Assembly (NCBI GenBank): GCA_038087875.1 | Contig: CM075999.1 | Location: 1 to 64,000 of the forward strand | Length of the DNA stretch: 64,000 bases | Origin: Malacoraja senta | Lineage: Eukaryota | Direction of reading: 5' to 3' | In this document: one piece after another, positions 38,335 to 50,356 of the stretch | How the letters are laid out: every line of letters begins with the position of its first letter | Position numbering within the stretch: the stretch's first letter is position 1 | Position numbers and translations under genes: made by a program | Notes under the pieces: generated by a model | The model's input: only the letters and a program-made list of their open reading frames with translations | Told to the model about the DNA's origin: nothing | Database searches by the model: none

Positions 38335-39425
38335 TGGGCCTGTCCCACTTAGGCGATTTTTCAGGCGAATGCAGGAGACTATGCAGTTGCCACATGTTCA
38401 CGGGTAGTTGCCGGGGAGTCGCCTTCATGGTCGTGAGGAGTTCCCGCATTCTGGGAACTAGTCGCGGACTCATTATGGTCGGTATGAATTTTTCAACATG
38501 TTGAAACATTAGCGGCGATGAGAATTAAGCCGCCATGGAGAATTCTAGTGAGAATTCGCATGCCGTAGGTGGGTCGCCATCAGGTCCTAATGGGTTGCCA
38601 GGAGGTCGAAGGTTCTCTGAGGTTCTCGTAGGTTGTAGCCTGTGCTGACTGGTGAATTTCATTGGCTCATTGGGAGAAAAAAAGGTAAGCAGTAGTTTTC
38701 AGAACCAAGGATAACTGACTGGTAATGTTAAATGTCCGCCGAGCTTCACAGCCATGTATGATTGCATCTGTTTCCACCGCCTCTTTTTGGCAGCAAGTTC
38801 AAAATATCAAGATATCGATGTAAAACATAAAGGCCATTTAAGACTGAGGTGAGAAAAAACGTTTTTACCCAGAGAGTTGTGAATTTGTGGAATTCCCTGC
38901 CACAGAGGGCAGTGGAGGCCAAATCACTGGATGGATTTAAGAGAGAGTTAGATAGAGCTCTAGGGGCTAGTGGAATCAAGGGATTATGGGGAGAAGGCAG
39001 GCACGGGTTATTGATTGGGGACGATCAGCCATGATCACAATGAATGGCGGTGCTGGCTCGAAGGGCCGAATGGCCTCCACCTGCACCTATTTTCTATGTT
39101 TCTATGTTTCTATCTCTGGCTTCTTAAAAGTTGTCTCCACTCCTTCTCCCCCCTTCTCCCCCCCCTTTCCCCCCCTCTTTTAAAGGACTTACCGTACACT
39201 GTGCTTTAGCCATCTTAATTACAGCGCCAACCTTCCTGTTCATCGTGGTGTGTGTCTGTTTCACCTTGGCTTTGCACCGTGTGAATTTTTTAGACAGCGC
39301 TCCCCCCGCTTGCCCTGTCCCCTGCCTGCATAACGAGCTGGTGAAGGAAGCGATGTGTTTGTGTGTGTGTTCCACTCTGACAATCGCCATTGCAGCTGAA
39401 AATTTGCCTAAGTGGGACAGGCCCA
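38335..39425. mobile_element. Second Harbinger MITE copy (inverted relative to 20852-21658), TSD TTA, interrupted by a CR1 fragment at about 38760-39110
   Basis: Same TIRs; TTA at 38332-38334 and 39426-39428; internal sequence is the reverse complement of the first copy. Confidence 0.88.
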
Positions 39426-42400
39426 TTAACTTCAGATTGTGCCTTTTCCTCATCAAATTCCTCTTTCTGGAGCTGCTCTGGTGCACAGTGATGGAGCGGT
39501 GACTTGTGTGAGGCAAGGGACTGTGCATTTGTAGGTCGACATGTCTGGGTTGAGATGTCAGTGCAGTGGGCCGCTGGAGGCCCTGCAGCAGCCTGGGGCT
39601 CGATTAGATTGGGAGCCGCTGCAAGATGCTGGGCGCGTGGATTGGACGTGGCCTGCAGCAGTGGACAACATTGACAACATCAGCTGGACAGGCTAACCCC
39701 TGCAACTCTGACCCAGTGCTGCCGCCAGGACAATGGGCCTTTATGGCCAAGTTAAGACACTATATTTTTTAACAACTTTGGACTTGAATCACACAAAATG
39801 GTGACGGAAATGTGGCAACACTTATGTACACTCTGCTATTCCTGCACTTGCTCTTGGGTAAAAATGGTTATTTATAGTAAGATTTTACTGTTTTTGTATG
39901 CAAAAAAAGAACTTCACTGTACCTTGCTACATGCCAAAATAAAGTACCAGGGAACCATTGATTCTAATTATGATAAAATCCCGCTGCGTATTACGGACTA
40001 GCCTGATTGAATATCTGCTTGGCTTATTTTCTAAGACCACCTTAGACATCTCCACCACCAAACTGTTATAATTGCCTTTAGTTAAGGAGGTGGGTTATAG
40101 TTTGGTGTTCACCATTGCAGTGCATCTGGAATTCTATTCTGGACACTACCTCCCAGGGGATCTACGACCAAACCTAAAATAGTCCCTTCCCTGGCTGGGT
40201 TCTGTAACAGGCAGCATCTCTGGAGAGAAGGAATGGGACACGTTTTGGGTCGAGACCCTTCTTCAGTCATCCATTCCTTCTCTCCAGAGATGCTGCCTGT
40301 CCCGCTGAGTTACTCCAGCATTTTGTGTCTACCTTCAGTTCAAACCAGCATCTGCAGTTTCTTCCTCCACATGGGTTTTGTAACACATTGTTCCAAGAAG
40401 CAATCCCTCATAAAGTCCCCAAATCCTTCTTTTACGATACTTTTTCCAGGATTAACGATGCCCAGATGGAAGATGAGCTGCTGTTCCTCAAACTTACACT
40501 GGGCATCAAAAGATGCACCGTGCCGGAGTAAGTCAGCGGGTCGGGCAGCATTGGTAGAGAACTTGGATCCTTAAAAGTATGAGGCTTTCACCCTCAAAGT
40601 TCAATTTATTACCTGAAGAAGGAGTCTCGACCCGAAACGTCACCCATTGCTTCTCTCCAGAGATGCTGCCTGTCCCTCTGAGTTACTCCAGCATTTTGTG
40701 TCTATCTTCGGATTAAACCAGCATCTGCACTTCCTTCCTACACATACTATCTTACCTATTCCCATCTGCGCTTGGTAACCATTCATGCCATTTGTTGTCT
40801 AGAATGTATCTATTCTGCCATAAAGAATCTGCCTGCACTGCTCCTTGCAGAGGAGATGCAAAGACTCATCTCTGACTTAACTGGGTGACCAAGGGTATCG
40901 ACCCAAAACGTCATCTAATCCCTTTCTCCAAAGATGCAGCCTGACCTGCTGAGTTACTCCAGCATTTTGTGACTTATCTTTGAACACTTATCCCAAATTC
41001 TCAATTCTTTCAAAAGTCCACCTTGTCAAAAAGACATGTTTATTAACTTTGATTTGGATATATCAGAAGCGTTTTAACACAGAAAAGAACACAAAGTACT
41101 GGAGTAACTCAGCGGGTCAGGCAACATCTTTGTAGAATGTCTGAAGAAGCTTCCTTCTTGAAACCTCACCCATGTCCTCCAGAGATGCTGCCTGACCCAT
41201 GGAGTTATTCCAGCGCTTTGTGTCTTTTTCTGTAAACCAGCATCTGCAGTTCCTTGTTCTTACACTGGGCATCGTTTAGGAAGCCATGGACAGATGGGTC
41301 ACAGAGAGGAAGGGGCAGGGATTGGGAATCTCAGGGCCACCTCTGCCTTTGCGAACAGATCAAGTCTGTGTTTGGTTGCATTATTGTGCAAGAGACCACA
41401 TCACGAACAGCAGAAGCAGAACAGTAGAAAGCAAAAAGTGGAAGTGAAATCCTGCTTCAGCTGGAAGAACTCTGGTCCCTGGATGGTAGAAAAGGATTGG
41501 AAATCATGCTCTTTTTCCTTCCTAGTTTTCAATGTTTGCCTGTATTTTTTCCATTCCCCCTTTTATCTCCCCTCTTTCCTCAACCCCACCCCCCTGGCCC
41601 CTTCCACCTTCCACCCTCCCTCCAGATTTACATTTCGCTCCTTCTCTTTATTCCTTCTTTATCTGACACACATTTAGTTGTACAGCTCTAGCCTTTGTCA
41701 CTTACGCCACCCCATCCTTTTCACCTGTATCCACCTATCACTTGCCGGGCTTTTCCCCACCCCCACCTTTCTTCCAGCTTTCTTCTACCCCCCCCCCCCG
41801 ACCCCCACAATCAATCTGAAGAGGAGTCTGACTCAAAACATTGTCTGCCCATCCCCTAGGCAGATACTATCTGACCCGCTGAGTTCCTCTAGCACTTTGT
41901 ATTTTGCTCAAGGTTCCAGCATCTGCAGTTCCTTGTGTTATGACTGTCGTTGGAAGCCGCAGATTCCCGTCAGACGTTTTTTTATTGCATTTCATGTTGA
42001 GTGAGAGGAAATTAATAAAGCCTGTTGTGTATTTGAGAACAAATTTGTTCAAGGTCTGTTTAAGTGTTTCTCTTTTCCATTAGCCTGAGTCTAAATCATT
42101 CACTGGTATAAATAAACTTCTTACATAAAGACAGAGTAAAGGCATTTCAAAGACTAATATCCCTTGGTTAGCGGTAAACTATATCATTCAGGACTCTGAC
42201 AGAGCAGAAGGTGTTCTAAATTAATATAGCAATTTCATTGCCCGTGAAAAGACTCAGGTTACCTTGAGAACTTAAAAATGAAAGATCAATGTAAAATCTT
42301 AACATAGAACAGTACAGTACAGGAGCAGGCCCTTCGGCCCACTATGCCCATGCTAAAATGATGCCAAGTTTTACTAACCTCTGCCTGCACGTGATCCATT

Positions 42401-42972
42401 TCCCTCGATTCCCTGCATATCAATGTGCCTATCTGAAAGCCTCTTGAGCACCGCTATCCTATCTGCCTCCGCCACTGGCAGCATGTTCCAGGCACCCACC
42501 ACCCTCTGTGCAAAAAACATACCCTGCACATCTCCTTTAAGCTATAGGAACAAGGAACTGCATATGCTGGTTTACAAAAAAAGGACACAAAGTTCTTGAA
42601 GTAATTCAGCGGGTCACAGCCAAAATATTCTGCAGGAATGCTGCCTGACGACGTTGAGTTACTCCAGCACTTTGTATCATCTGAAAAAAAACATTGCCTC
42701 TCTCACTTCAAAGCTATGCCATCTAATCATTGATATTTGCAACCTGGGCAATAGGTTCTGTGTCTACTCTCTCTATGTGGAGGAAGGAACCGCAGATGCT
42801 GGTTTACACCAAAGATAAACACAAAATGCAGGAGTAACTCAGTAGACCAGGCAGCATCTCAGAATAAAAGGAATTGTACCACTTTCTATCCAGGGATGCT
42901 GAGTTACTCCAGCATTTTGTGTCTATCTTACTCTATCTATGTCCCTCATAACTTTATACATTTCTATCAGAT

Positions 42973-44086
42973 AAATATCATCAGTGCTGTTGCGCCGCCC
43001 CTAGCAACTGTCCGGAAGTGGACACCATCTGATGCAGTACAGCAAGCTTCATCAGCCCTGAGGCACAAAGACATAGTGGGGCAAGTCCAGCAGGGAAGAG
43101 GAGGCTTTGGCCTTACGACAAGTAAACCAACTTGGCGAAAGGCCACAACATCAGAGCGGAGGACGTTGGTGGTTGAGGAGGTGCGGCGACAGGAGGAGGC
43201 TGCAAGAAGTGCAAAGGCGGTCTCTCTTGCCAAGCAGGGGCAATGGATGCAGTGGGAAGGTGTGGAGCGGAGGAAGATAAGCTGGAAAGAACTATGGGAA
43301 ATGGAAGCAAGCAAGATCAGCTTCATCATCAGAGCGACATATGACGTGCTTCCATCACCAAAGAACCTCCATCAGTGGTACGGCGAGGATCCAACCTGTG
43401 CCATCTGCCCAACTCCAGCGACCCTCAAACACATCATGGTAGGCTGCAAGACCAGCCTCACGCAAGGGAGATACACGTGGCGGCATAATCAGGTACTAAA
43501 AAGCCTGGCATCAGCCCTTGAGAACAGGCGGTGTGCGATCAACTCCTTGCCTCCGAGAGCAAGCAACCCGCCTCCCCTAAGGGTAATAACCTTTGTCCGA
43601 GAAGGACAGAAAACTTCTAAACTTCCTTCCACCAGATCAGAAGAAGGAAGCCAATGCAGGGCCCGTGACTGGAGGATGCTGGCGGACATCGGCCGACAAC
43701 TAATTTTTCCACCTGAAATTGCTTCCACCACCCTCAGGCCAGACTTGGTGTTCTGGTCCCCTTCACAGAAGACTGCTTACATCATAGAGCTCACAGTTCC
43801 ATGGGAGAACTCTGTTGAGGAGGCCTATGAGCGTAAGAAGCTGCGCTACGCAGAGCTTGCAGCAGAGGCAACGCAGCGTGGCTGGAACACCAAAGTCTAT
43901 CCAGTTGAAGTGGGATGCAGAGGATTTGTTGCGTCATCTACCATCAGACTGCTGAAGGAGCTTGGAATCCACGGTCAGGCTCTGCGGAAGACCATAAGAT
44001 CACTCTCAGAGGCGGCTGAAAGAAGCAGCCGGTGGATTTGGCTCAAGCGGAAAGACCCATGCTGGGCCCCAAGTATGTCGGGGTGA
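42973..44086 (+). pseudogene. C-terminal ~370 codons of the HERO ORF (zinc knuckle plus PD-(D/E)xK endonuclease), no internal stops
   Basis: ORF track 42896-44086; the first ~25 codons come from flanking repeats rather than from the element. Confidence 0.85.
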
Positions 44087-44146
44087 ATCTTTGGGACGGT
44101 TTGACACGGGACATGCGCTGAGGGTTGATCATCCTGCAGCGGGCCG

Positions 44147-44221
44147 CCCTTGTGGAGGGTGTATAGTGTTAAAAGGCCGAAACACCCAGTGATGCAAGGG
44201 TACACTACTGATGATGTGTCC
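44147..44221 (+). ncRNA. Candidate non-circularly permuted hammerhead ribozyme with kink-turn, in the HERO 3' UTR
   Basis: Stem III GGGUGU(44157-62)/ACACCC(44182-87); cleavage triplet GUA(44161-63); stem I UAGUGU(44164-69)/ACACUA(44202-07); GAAA(44179-82); CUGAUGA(44208-14); short stem II GGCC(44175-78) with G-u-GUC(44216-20); outer helix CCCUUGU/GCAAGGG. Confidence 0.6.
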
Positions 44222-47200
44222 TGTGCCCAACTGTCCTGAAGGTTACCCCCCCCACCCCCCCCCCCGATGTTGAGCGTCTACCACTCTCAACAATCAATGA
44301 ATGTCGTGAAATGCTCCCCACCTATTGGCACAAGGGACTTCTTAACATCTTGTCCTGTGTATTTGATTCTTTCTCAGATTTCTGATGTTATATGACATCC
44401 AAGATACAAGTAATTGCAATATTTATATTAAGATTTAATGATCTTGTACACATGCATCTGTGTCATCTGTTCCCTCTTAACTCTCCTGTACATAGTGAGT
44501 CCCAAAGTATTGAGAAAAAGCTTTGTGATTGATTCCTTTATTGGCCCATAACTTTGGGTGGAATAACGTGCACTGACAAAGAGCCAATACAGTGTATTGT
44601 TCATCAAATGTGGACCAGTCAACTGATCTTTTTTTGAGCAAATAAAAAGTGTTGGAGTAACACAGCTGGTCAGGAGGCATCAGTGAAGGGAAATGGACAG
44701 TCGATGTTTCAGGTTGGGACTCTTCTTCAGACTTCTTCGAAGGATCCCAACCCAAAACATTGCCTGCCCATTCCCTCCACAGACGTTGCCTGACCTGTTA
44801 GGTTCCTCCAGCCCCTTGTGTTTTGCTCAGGATTTCGGCATCTGCCGTTCCTTGTGCCTTGATGTTTATTATGGTGTTGCACTATATGGTGACTGACACA
44901 ACTCAGTACAAGGGAACTGAGGCATATGTGTCCAAGAACTGGGGGTGTATTGCATCTTAACTAATTAAGATAAAGCATTCTCACTGAGCCACGCAGAGAC
45001 TGAAGAGCAAGTTAGTAAGTACATTGTATGCATGGAAACAAAACAAAAAACGTGGAATTATTCCGATCTCCTCCAAGTAAGCTTCCTCTTACTACTGGTT
45101 GCTTTACATATCCCTCCGATCCCAGGGGCTCGACTTGCTCTTTAATTATGTTTAGTTTAGATCAATTTAGAGATACAGCTTGGAATCAGGCCCTTTGACC
45201 CAGTGAGACCACACCCGATCATACTAGTTCTATGTTATCCCATTTTCTCATCCACCCCCTACACACTAGGGGCAACTTCCGAAGACCAATTATCCTACTA
45301 ACCTGCATGTTGTTGGGATGTGGGAAGAATCCGGAGCACCCGGAGGAAACCCACTTGGTCACAGGAAAAAAGTGCAAACTCTACAAAGTCAGCACCCGAT
45401 GTCAGGATCGAACCCAGGTCTCTGGCACTGTGAGGCAGCGGCTCTACCAGCTGTGCCACTGTACTCAGCTGAGACGCCGAGTGCCCCATCACTTGCCAGA
45501 TTCATGGCAAAACCGAACAACACTACTTTGGCTCCCAATATTTGTTATACGGCTAGCAAAAAGATTGTGGACCAAATGCCCAAGGGGGGTAGGCCAACTG
45601 AACCTGTTATATGTTGGCGGAAACCGGACCACCCAGAGCAAACCCATGCGGTCACAGGGAGAACATACAAACTCTGTACCGATAGTAGTCAGGATCGAAC
45701 CCGGGTCTCTGGCGCTGTAAGGACACAACTCTACCGTGCACGACCGTGCCACCCACATTGTGTTTATGGGTCCACATTGTACTAAGAGAGCTCACACGCA
45801 AAAAAATTGGCTTCTGTAAATTGTCCCAAGTGTGTAGGATAGACCAAGTGTATGGTTGATGTGTAGGATGGAACTGCAGATTGTGGTTTGCACCAAAGAT
45901 AGACACAACATTCTGTAGTAACTCAGCAGGTCAGGCAGCATCTCTGGAATAGGTGACGTTTCGGGTCTCGACTTCTTCAGACCGAAGAAGGGTCTCGACC
46001 CGAAACATCACCTATTTCTTTTCCCCAGAGATACTGCCTGACCCGCTGAGTTACTCCAGCATTTTGTGTCTATCTTAAGTGTACAGGTGTAGGAAGGAAC
46101 TGCAAATGATGGTTTAAACTGCAGGTAGACACAAATAGCTGGAGTAACTCAGCAGGACAGGCAACATCTCAGGAGAGAAGGAATGGGTGAAGTTTCGGGT
46201 TGAGACCCTTCTTCAGACTGAAAGTCACGGGAAAGCTAACAAAGCTAGTAAAGAGTACAGGTGATTGTTGGTGGCTGCGGACTCAATTGACACACTCTGT
46301 ATGTCTAAGCAAACAGTGGTCATTGACCGCCGTTCACTGATTTCCATGCACCTACAGATAATGCCTATTCTGTTTCTAAGTCCGTGCTCCTTTAGACTTC
46401 CTCCACTGTGAATGGGCTCCAGTGCTTGAAGCAATGCTGGTTGCATTTAACTTAGATCCGGCGAAAGCAATCACTGAGAGAAAATAAACATCACAGCAAA
46501 CCTGGCAACAGTAGGAGCGGAAGAACGCACTGAGGAGGAAACAAAGAAGCAAGGACAGAATGTACAGGAAATGCAAGAATGTTTTCCCAAATGTCTTACA
46601 GGTGCTTCTTCTGATGGTAAGTGAGATGAAGCAAAGCAGATACTCTGAGTAAAAATCTCGACAGCACTGAGCGAGCACAGACTATAGCACCACCAACAAA
46701 AAAAATCACGAAGTGTTGGAGTGATTCGGCGGGTCAGGCAGCATTTTTGGAAAATATTGATAGGTGACGTTTCAGGTCAGGACCAGCATTTGCAGTTCTT
46801 TGTTTCTCTATAATGTCACCCATGTGTTAAAGCAGAATGAGAGAACTACCACCAAATACAGGATAGGAACAGCTACTTCCCCACTGTTATCATTCTACTG
46901 AAAGGTCCTCCCACAAGCTGGGGGTGCAATCTCGATCTTCCAACCCACCTCAATGCATTTGGACGTTTCTCTGGAACTGTAATGCTACACTCTGCACTCT
47001 GGTATTTTACTCTTCGCACTACTTGTCGTACCTGTGTCCGGCTTGATTGCACTCATGTATTGTATGATTTGACTGGAGAGTGTGCAAACAAAAGCTTTTC
47101 ACTGTATCTTGGTACGCGTGACACTGATAAACAAATACCAATTTCAAATATTAAATTTTATTTTCCCAGGACAATTGGGCAGTCAGTGAGGAGCTGAGCC

Positions 47201-47317
47201 CAAATATTCATTTGTGGGAACTTGTTTATTTTTGGACAAGTATTTGTTCAGACAGTATTTGTTCAACAACTCAGGTAGGTCCAGGCGGACTGAGTGAAGG
47301 TGTTCAGTGAAACAATC

Positions 47318-47735
47318 AGCCAGTTTCATCTATCGTATCCGTTGTTCAATGTGTGGACTCTTATACATAGGCGAGACCAAAAGTAGTCTGGCCGATCGTT
47401 TCGCTGAACACCTTGGCTCGGTCTGCCTGGAGCTACCTGATCTCCCAGTTGCTAAACACTTTAATTCCCCTTCCCATTCCCACACTGACCTTCATGCCTT
47501 AGGCCTCCTCCATTATCAGAGTGAGGCCAAAAGCAAATTGGAGGAACAGCATCTCATATTTCGCTTGGGCAGCTTACAACCCAGGGGTATGATATTGATT
47601 TCTCAAACTTAACGTAACCCCTGCATTCCCTATTTCTCCATCCCTCCCCCACCCAAGTCACACCAGCTTTTCGTTCTCACCTAGCAAACAGCTAACAATG
47701 GCATGTTTCCTTTATCGTTGTTACTTTTTTGCATA
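47318..47735 (+). mobile_element. Penelope-like element GIY-YIG endonuclease fragment and 3' UTR
   Basis: FIYRIRCSMCGLLYIGET...RFAEH...VAKHF...EQHLIFRLGSLQPRGM contains the GIY-YIG, CxxC and two His motifs of PLE endonucleases. Confidence 0.9.
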
Positions 47736-48429
47736 TATTTTGAATCAGACTGTGCTGCATTCTCATCCAATCCATTTTATCTGAAAGTCAAACAGAATAT
47801 ACTGCAAAGAATATCAACTGTGAGGAGTTTAAGTTTTATCAGAAATAAATCACCGAGGTCTAATTCTGCAGACTCGATGGGCTGAATGGCCTAATTCTGT
47901 TCTTATGGTCCAGGAATGCTGTCTCACCCGCTGAGTTACTCCAGCACTCTGTTTTTTTTAGGGGTTTCTAAGTTCCTACTTAGCTTCGTGGACAGAGCGT
48001 TAGGCGATATAATTAATCTTTCATTCGTTTCTCACAATCACACGTTTTGGGAGTTGAAATCTATCCAGGTCATGCCCCATAGATCATCGCAGCATTCTAC
48101 CCATAATGATCATACACATTTTGTGGTGGGAAGTAATCAGAAGGAACTATGGCCCACTTTTTGAAAGCTCTCTCTGTCTGTGGAATTCTCTGCCTCAGAG
48201 GCCGGTTCTCTGGATACTTTCAAGAGAGAGCTTGATAGGGCTCGTAAAGATAGCTGAGTCAGGGGATATGGGGAGAAGGCAGGAACGGGGTACTGATTGG
48301 GGATGATCAGCCATGATCACATGGCTCGAAGGGCCGAATGGCCTATTCCTGCACCTATTGTCTATTGTCTACTTATCCAGTTGACTACCACGTTATCAAA
48401 AAAGGGAGAGGATAACCACAGAATAGATT

Positions 48430-49330
48430 TAGGTTTACATGTACCAAGGTGCAATGAAAAGCATTGCTTTTTCATGCTATTTAATCAAATCAGATAATAC
48501 CATACATAAATATAATCAAGTACAACAGATAGAGCAAAGGGGAAGATGCAAAGAGTGCAGAATATAATTTGTAGCATTGTAGCGCATCAGTTCCATAGAC
48601 AAAATCCAATGTCTGCTATAAGGTGGAGGTCAATTGGACAGCACCCTAGATTATGGATGAACCATTCAGAAGCCTGATAAACGAGGGGAAGTAACTGTTC
48701 CTGAGTCTGGTGGTGCACCCTTTCATGCTTCTGTATCTTCTGCCCAAGGGAAGCAGGGAGTAGAAGGAATGACTGGGGTGGGACTGCCCTATGCTGGCTA
48801 CTTTTTCCCAGGCAGCGTGAAGTGAAGATAGAGTCAATAGTGAGGTGTCTGGAGTAGACAAAGTGTTAAAGAAGGAACTGCAGATGCTGGAAAATCGAAG
48901 GTACACAAAAATGCTGGAGAAACTCAGCGGCATCTATGGAGCGAAGGAAATAGGTAACGTTTCGGGCCGAAACCTTTCTTCAGACTGATAGGGGGTGGGG
49001 AGAAGAAAGGAAAAAAGGAAAAGGCGGAGGAGGAGCCCGAGGGCTGGGGGAGGGGAGGAGACAACCAGATGGCTGATGAAGGGGAGGGGACAGCCAGGGC
49101 TAGCAGATGTCTGTGTGATGGATTGTGCTCCATCCACAACTCTCTGCGATCTCTTGCGGTCTTGGGCAGAGCTGTTCCCAACACAAGCTGCTTTGCAACT
49201 GACAGAATGCTTTCTACAATGCATCTGAAGAAGTTTGCAAGAGTCATTGGAGATATGCTGAATTTCCTCTGTCTCCTGAGGGAGCCTTCTTGTTTGTTGC
49301 TTCATTGTCACAACAGATTGTTGGTAATAT
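48430..49330 (-). mobile_element. Rex1/Babar-like 3' fragment interrupted by a Penelope-derived insertion (about 48870-49065)
   Basis: NFFRCIVESILS and SHPSHSFYSLLPLGRRYRS...RLRNSYFPSFIRLLN on the minus strand. Confidence 0.72.
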
Positions 49331-49803
49331 TTACACCAAGGAGCATGAAGTTGAACCCATTATCAAAATAATAATTAAATGCACCTCTCATGTACATCTG
49401 AAACCAAGGAAAAACAAAGGCGAACCTTACATTTGCATAGTGCTTTTTATGGCCTCCAGATGTCCCAATGTTCTTGTATCAACTAATTAAAAAAAAATCA
49501 AAATGGACAAAAGGCTTGAGTAACTCAGTGGGTCAGGCAGCATCTCTGGAGAACATGGATACGTGACATTTCCGGTCAGGACGCCTCTGTCCCAGCTTTC
49601 TACCCCCTCCTCCCCCACAATCAGTCCGAAGAAGGGTGCCAACCCGAAATGTCACCTATCCATGTTCTCCAGAGATGCTGCCTGACCTGCTGGGTTACTC
49701 CAGCTTTTTGTATCTTTTTCTGACTGTGGAAATATGGTGGAGAATACAAGGATATTGAGTAATATCACCGCACAGTGGTGCAGCTTGTAGAGCTGCAGCC
49801 TAG

Positions 49804-50356
49804 AGGCTCTGTCTTATGGTGTTGCGGTCATCGGCGGTGAAGCGCGGCAACGGCGAGACGCCGAGCCTATGCCACGGGAGCGCCGCACGGATGCTGCGCG
49901 GGGGCCGAGTGATTTAAATACGGCTGGTCCCACGTGCTTGCGGTAAGTTAAAAAAAGGGCGGGCCGACTGCGATGACGTCGGCCCGCCGCACGTGACTCA
50001 GCGGCGGCTGTGGCGGTGGCCGTCCTGATCGCGGCGCTGTAGCGGTGGCTGTGCCGCCGGCCGTGCCGCACACGTGACTCACTAGCGGAGGCTGTGACGG
50101 TGCAAGTTCGACGCACGGCGCTCGAGCCACACTGGCGGCGGCTGTGGCGGCGGCCGTGCCGCACTCGTGCATCACTGGTGGAGGCTGTGCGGTAGGAAAA
50201 TATTTTTGAACAGTGTAGGTTTTATTTTAGCACCGTGCGGTGTTGGGAACAACGCCGCACGGCCCCGGAATTGTTCGTTCTCACGAGTGAGCGGTCTATG
50301 GCGGCAGATTCTTCCCGTTTCGCCGCCAATGACCGCAGACTCGTGAGACAGGCCTT
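49804..50356. mobile_element. GC/CpG-rich Harbinger-like MITE inserted in a SINE head
   Basis: Imperfect ~45-bp TIRs (AGGCTCTGTCTTATGGTGTTGCGGTCATCGGCGG vs reverse complement AAGGCCTGTCTCACGAGTCTGCGGTCATTGGCGG); the SINE resumes after TAA. Confidence 0.7.

Larger units (their letters stand above)
42973..44345 (+). mobile_element. 5'-truncated HERO-clade (R2 superfamily) non-LTR retrotransposon; 3' boundary approximate
   Basis: Open ORF to 44086 with a CCHC knuckle (CAIC...HIMVGC), RYTWRHNQVL and a restriction-like endonuclease (RPDLV...IIELTVPWE...RKKLRY). It is more GC-rich than its flanks, and its 5' junction is in a CR1 remnant. Confidence 0.88.

Noticed and set aside
49814..50175. Ala/Arg-rich ORFs and a CpG-island-like promoter of a host gene
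   Set aside because: They lie wholly between the TIRs of a MITE inserted in a SINE.
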